From NCBI GenBank assembly GCA_902533035.1, contig CACAKI010000004.1:1-53997 (forward strand): a stretch of DNA of 53,997 nucleotides, given 5' to 3'. This stretch comes from an uncultured Bacteroidota bacterium (lineage in GTDB: Bacteria > Bacteroidota > Bacteroidia > Flavobacteriales > TMED113). A program made the translations under genes and the position numbers. The notes beneath the pieces are model-generated. The model saw only the letters and a program-made list of their open reading frames with translations. It did not search any database and was not told the DNA's origin. Positions 50,565 through 53,997 of this stretch are shown in pieces. Numbering within the stretch: the first letter of the stretch is position 1; each line of letters starts with the position of its first letter.

Positions 50565-52090
50565 ATGAAAAATCAAATTAGAGTTCGATTTGCACCTAGT
50601 CCAACAGGGCCTTTACACATGGGAGGAGTTCGAACAGCTCTTTATAATTATTTATTTGCGCTAAAAATGAAAGGGCAAATGATTTTGCGAATAGAAGATA
50701 CTGACCAATCTAGGTATGTTGAAGGTGCAGAAGAATATATTTTAAAAAGTCTAGAGTGGTGTGGTTTAAAATTTGAAGAAGGCCCTCATTTGGGCGGTGA
50801 ATATGGGCCATATAGGCAATCTGAACGAAAAAAGTTATATAATATATATGTTGATAAATTAATTAAATCGGGTGTAGCTTATTATGCTTTTGATACAGAG
50901 AAAGAATTAGATCAAATGCGAGTGAATTTAAAAAAAGCAGGAGTTCAATCTCCACAATATAATCAGATTACCCGTCAAAATATGAAAAACTCATTAACTC
51001 TTCCAGTTGAAGAAGTAGACAAGAAACTATCTAATAATGAAGAGTATGTTATTAGAATCAAAATGCCCAGAAATCAAACTATAAAATTTAAAGATAAAAT
51101 AAGAGGATGGGTATCCTTTAGCACCAACCATTTAGATGATAAGGTATTGTATAAATCGGACGGAATGCCCACATATCATTTGGCAAATGTTATAGATGAC
51201 TATTTAATGAAAATCTCACATGTTATAAGGGGTGAAGAGTGGCTTCCTTCAGCTCCATTACATGTGTTTTTATACGAATCTTTTGGTTGGGAAAAAGAAA
51301 TGCCAGAATTTGCACACTTACCTTTAATTTTAAATCCTGATGGAGATGGCAAGTTAAGTAAAAGAGATGGCGACCGATTAGGCTTTCCAGTATTTCCAAT
51401 ATTATGGAAAAATATAAAAACGAATGTGAATATTGAGGGATATAGAGAAAAGGGCTTTTTGCCAGAGGCTTTTATAAATATGTTGGCTTTTTTGGGTTGG
51501 AATCCCGGAAATAATCAAGAGATTTTTTCACTTGAAGAACTAATAAAAGAATTTAGTTTAGAAAAAGTAGGAAAGTCAGGAGCTAGGTACAACTATCAAA
51601 AAAAACGAAATGGTTTAATCAACAACATTTAAGGTTAAAAAGCAATAAAGAGATTTTCAAAAACATAACTTTTCCTAAAGATTTGAAAAAAAATGAAGAC
51701 TATATATTGAAGGTGATAGGATTAGTAAAAGAAAGATGTGTTTTTTTCGAAGATATAATTCAAGAATCAACATACTTATTTTCTCGCCCCGATCATTATG
51801 ATGAGTCTGCTGTTGAAAAAAAATGGAATAAAGAAACGGTCTCTCATTTACTTTCATTAAAATCGAAATTTATTTTATCTAAAGACTTTACTAAAGTCAA
51901 TATAGAGAAAATCTTCACAGAGTATTTAACTCTTTCTCAAATCGGATTTGGAAAAGTTATGCCGGGGTTGAGAATTTCAATTACTGGAAAAATGCAAGGC
52001 CCATCTATGTTTTCGATTATGGAATTATTGGGATTAAATGAGGTTATTTATAGAATGGACCAATCTATAGAGAGATTAGGAAATGGGTAA
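50565..52090 (+). CDS. gltX: Glutamate--tRNA ligase, split by an apparent frameshift in an A8 run (51598-51605)
   Basis: [33 protein letters not shown]; after the shift, TKWFNQQHL leads into the anticodon-binding domain (ORF 51683-52090, LR..ITG...GP). Confidence 0.95.
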
Positions 52091-52440
52091 AATTATAATT
52101 AGAGATATAAAAAATTATGCTTACCATGGTTGTTTGCCATCAGAAAAAAAAGATAGGTGGTGTATATAAAACAACATTATGGATAGAAGGTGACTTTTCT
52201 GAATCAGAACAAAAAGATGACCTAAATAAAACTATAGATTATGAAAAGGTTGTTGCATTAGTCAATCATGAAATGAAGATATCTTCTGATTTAATTGAAC
52301 ACATTACTCGTAGAATTTCAGATAGTATGATAAATACATTTTCTAAAATTGTCAAATTAAAAGTAAGAGTTGTAAAAATAAAACCTCCGATAAAGGCAGA
52401 GGTTCCTCAAGTAGAATATGTTTTAGAAAAAAAAAGATAA
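52083..52440 (+). CDS. folB: Dihydroneopterin aldolase, apparent +1 frameshift in an A8 run (52144-52151)
   Basis: Corrected N-terminus [25 protein letters not shown]; DDLNKTIDY, LIEH, K.KPP. Confidence 0.92.
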
Positions 52441-52472
52441 GAATACATTTTTTTGACTACACAATATTTTGC

Positions 52473-52480
52473 TAAGTTTG
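52473..52480 (+). promoter_or_regulatory. -7 promoter element of tRNA-Cys
   Basis: TAAGTTTG ends 11 nt upstream of the tRNA; TTTG further upstream. Confidence 0.65.
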
Positions 52481-52491
52481 CACCATCTAAA

Positions 52492-52562
52492 GGTCGGATG
52501 GCCGAGTGGCTAGGCAGTGGTCTGCAAAACCATCTACACCGGTTCGAATCCGGTTCCGACCT
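52492..52562 (+). tRNA. tRNA-Cys(GCA)
   Basis: Acceptor GGTCGGA/TCCGACC, anticodon arm GTGGT-CT GCA AA-ACCAT, T-arm ACCGG TTCGAAT CCGGT, U73 discriminator. Confidence 0.97.
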
Positions 52563-52800
52563 CTTTTTCATACAAAAAAAAACTTTATTAACAAGTTTTC
52601 AACAATTTTCTTGTTTTTCCAGAAGATTTTTAAGAAATTTAATAAAAAGTGGAGTGCCCCATTTTGTACATTTTTACCGCATTTCCACGAAAATAACAGA
52701 TTAAATAATATCAAAAAAGACCTCCATAAAGGATGATGCTCTTAGGGTAGGGTTTTTGTTTGGTGTTATTATATTTTAAACATTAATTAACATAGTAGCT

Positions 52801-53997
52801 ATGAAAAAACAATTATCAACCTTGAAAATAATGCTAGTGGCATTATTTTCAATAATTTCTTTAACAATTATTAATGCACAAGACTTTGAGTATACAATTA
52901 CAGATGCAAATATGACGGTTCAAGTTGGAGCTGATGTTTGCCCAGATTGTTCTGTTGGTGATATTTTAGGTGCGTTTTTTACTAATGATGATGGTGAATT
53001 ACAATGTGCGGGTTATCAGCCATGGACTGGAGATCAATTAGCTATTGCTGTTTGGGCTTCAGAGTCAGGCTTAGATAATGGTTTTGCGGCTGGTGAGGAG
53101 TTTACTTGGTTGTTGCAAACTGGTGACGGAGTAGAATGCTTAACGTCTGTAATGAACTCAGACGCACCTTTTTCAGATACTTTTGTAGCTAATGGTTTTG
53201 GACAAATTTTGTATCCATTAACTATAGGGTGTGAAGTTATTGAAACATGTGATGACCCTAATGTTACAATTGTTGATGCTGCGAGTATGCTTATTGGTGG
53301 GTGTTCAGATTCTGAGGCAACGAATTATTCTGGAGATGCTTGTGTTGCTTTAGGTTATACGTGGCTATCAGAAGCTTGTGAATATCCAGTGGCTACTTGT
53401 GATTGTCCAGAAGCATATAACTTTGGATTAGAAGGTAATTGTGTTGTTTTGTCAGGTGGTTGCGCTGACCCAACCGCAGAGAATTATTCTGGAGATGCTT
53501 GTGCATCAGCAGTCTTTGCTGCCCCAGATTGCCAATATGCTCCAGTAGACATGGCAATAGGGCCTTTTGATTTTACAATTACAGATGCAAACATGACCGT
53601 TCAAGTATCTGGATCAGCGGCTTCTTGGAATGGAGGCGCTCCACCACCAAATGGATCGTTGTTAGGAGCTTTTTTTACTAATGATGACGGGGAATTACAA
53701 TGTGCTGGTTTTGCAGAAATGACGGGAGAAGATCAATACGCTATTGCAGTATGGGCTTCAGAGTCAGGTTTAGATAATGGTTTTGCAGCAGGTGAAGAAT
53801 TTACTTGGGTTTTATCAATGGGCGGAGAATCTTTCATAGCAGATTCTTACGAAATGAATGCTAACCCTCCATTTTCAACAACATTTGTTGCTAATGGTTT
53901 TGGACAAATATTATCAGTAGCTTTTTCTGGTGAAGTAACAGTTAGTACTGGTTGTACGGACGCTTCAGCTTGTAACTATAATGCAGATGCTACTGAG
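52801..53997 (+). CDS. Secreted acidic Cys-rich repeat protein, truncated at the right edge; absent from the ORF track
   Basis: Open frame from ATG 52801; signal peptide ending INA-Q; duplicated ~110-aa domain; GCSD/GCAD/GCTD...NY motifs. Confidence 0.85.
   Translation, partial: MKKQLSTLKIMLVALFSIISLTIINAQDFEYTITDANMTVQVGADVCPDCSVGDILGAFFTNDDGELQCAGYQPWTGDQLAIAVWASESGLDNGFAAGEEFTWLLQTGDGVECLTSVMNSDAPFSDTFVANGFGQILYPLTIGCEVIETCDDPNVTIVDAASMLIGGCSDSEATNYSGDACVALGYTWLSEACEYPVATCDCPEAYNFGLEGNCVVLSGGCADPTAENYSGDACASAVFAAPDCQYAPVDMAIGPFDFTITDANMTVQVSGSAASWNGGAPPPNGSLLGAFFTNDDGELQCAGFAEMTGEDQYAIAVWASESGLDNGFAAGEEFTWVLSMGGESFIADSYEMNANPPFSTTFVANGFGQILSVAFSGEVTVSTGCTDASACNYNADATE
52885..53913 (+). 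repeat. Intragenic domain duplication (52885-53211 and 53566-53913)
   Basis: Both copies share TITDANMTVQV, LGAFFTNDDGELQCAG, AIAVWASESGLDNGFAAGEEFTW and TFVANGFGQIL. Confidence 0.92.

Noticed and set aside
44833-52440. Calling mnmG, gltX and folB pseudogenes
   Set aside because: The recognisable motifs are intact, the only lesions are homopolymer length changes, and gltX is normally essential.
40885-52562. tRNAs as attachment sites of an integrated element
   Set aside because: I saw no integrase and no duplicated tRNA 3' end.

Overview
An AT-rich, gene-dense chromosomal segment from a Bacteroidota bacterium, probably a streamlined aquatic Flavobacteriales. The assignment rests on TAnnTTTG promoters, porW/porZ and T9SS cargo proteins, an atpBEFHAG operon lacking atpD/atpC, and a parS site at the end of mnmG. 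Most of the window is housekeeping: lipB, lysS, rpiB, dxr, rseP, atp genes, dut, tatA, gatA, recO, mnmG, ybeY, gltX, folB, tRNA-Arg(TCG) and tRNA-Cys(GCA). I saw no CRISPR array, integrase, transposase or defence system, and I cannot demonstrate a new biological system. The best leads are: (1) an LRR surface protein (5379-6836) with a tandem-repeat stalk holding 12 Bacteroidota O-glycosylation sequons, whose first 26 nt are identical to the start of the next gene; (2) six homopolymer frameshifts confined to 41-52 kb (mnmG x3, gltX, folB, a hidden 36-aa membrane protein), most likely assembly error; (3) a perfect parS palindrome, an apparent strand-skew reversal and tandem DnaA-box-like 9-mers that suggest an origin-proximal region; (4) a truncated secreted protein with a duplicated ~110-aa domain and GCxD Cys-rich repeats; (5) a CxxCxC insertion in a TonB-dependent receptor. 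All annotations come from motif recognition by eye, with no database searches.
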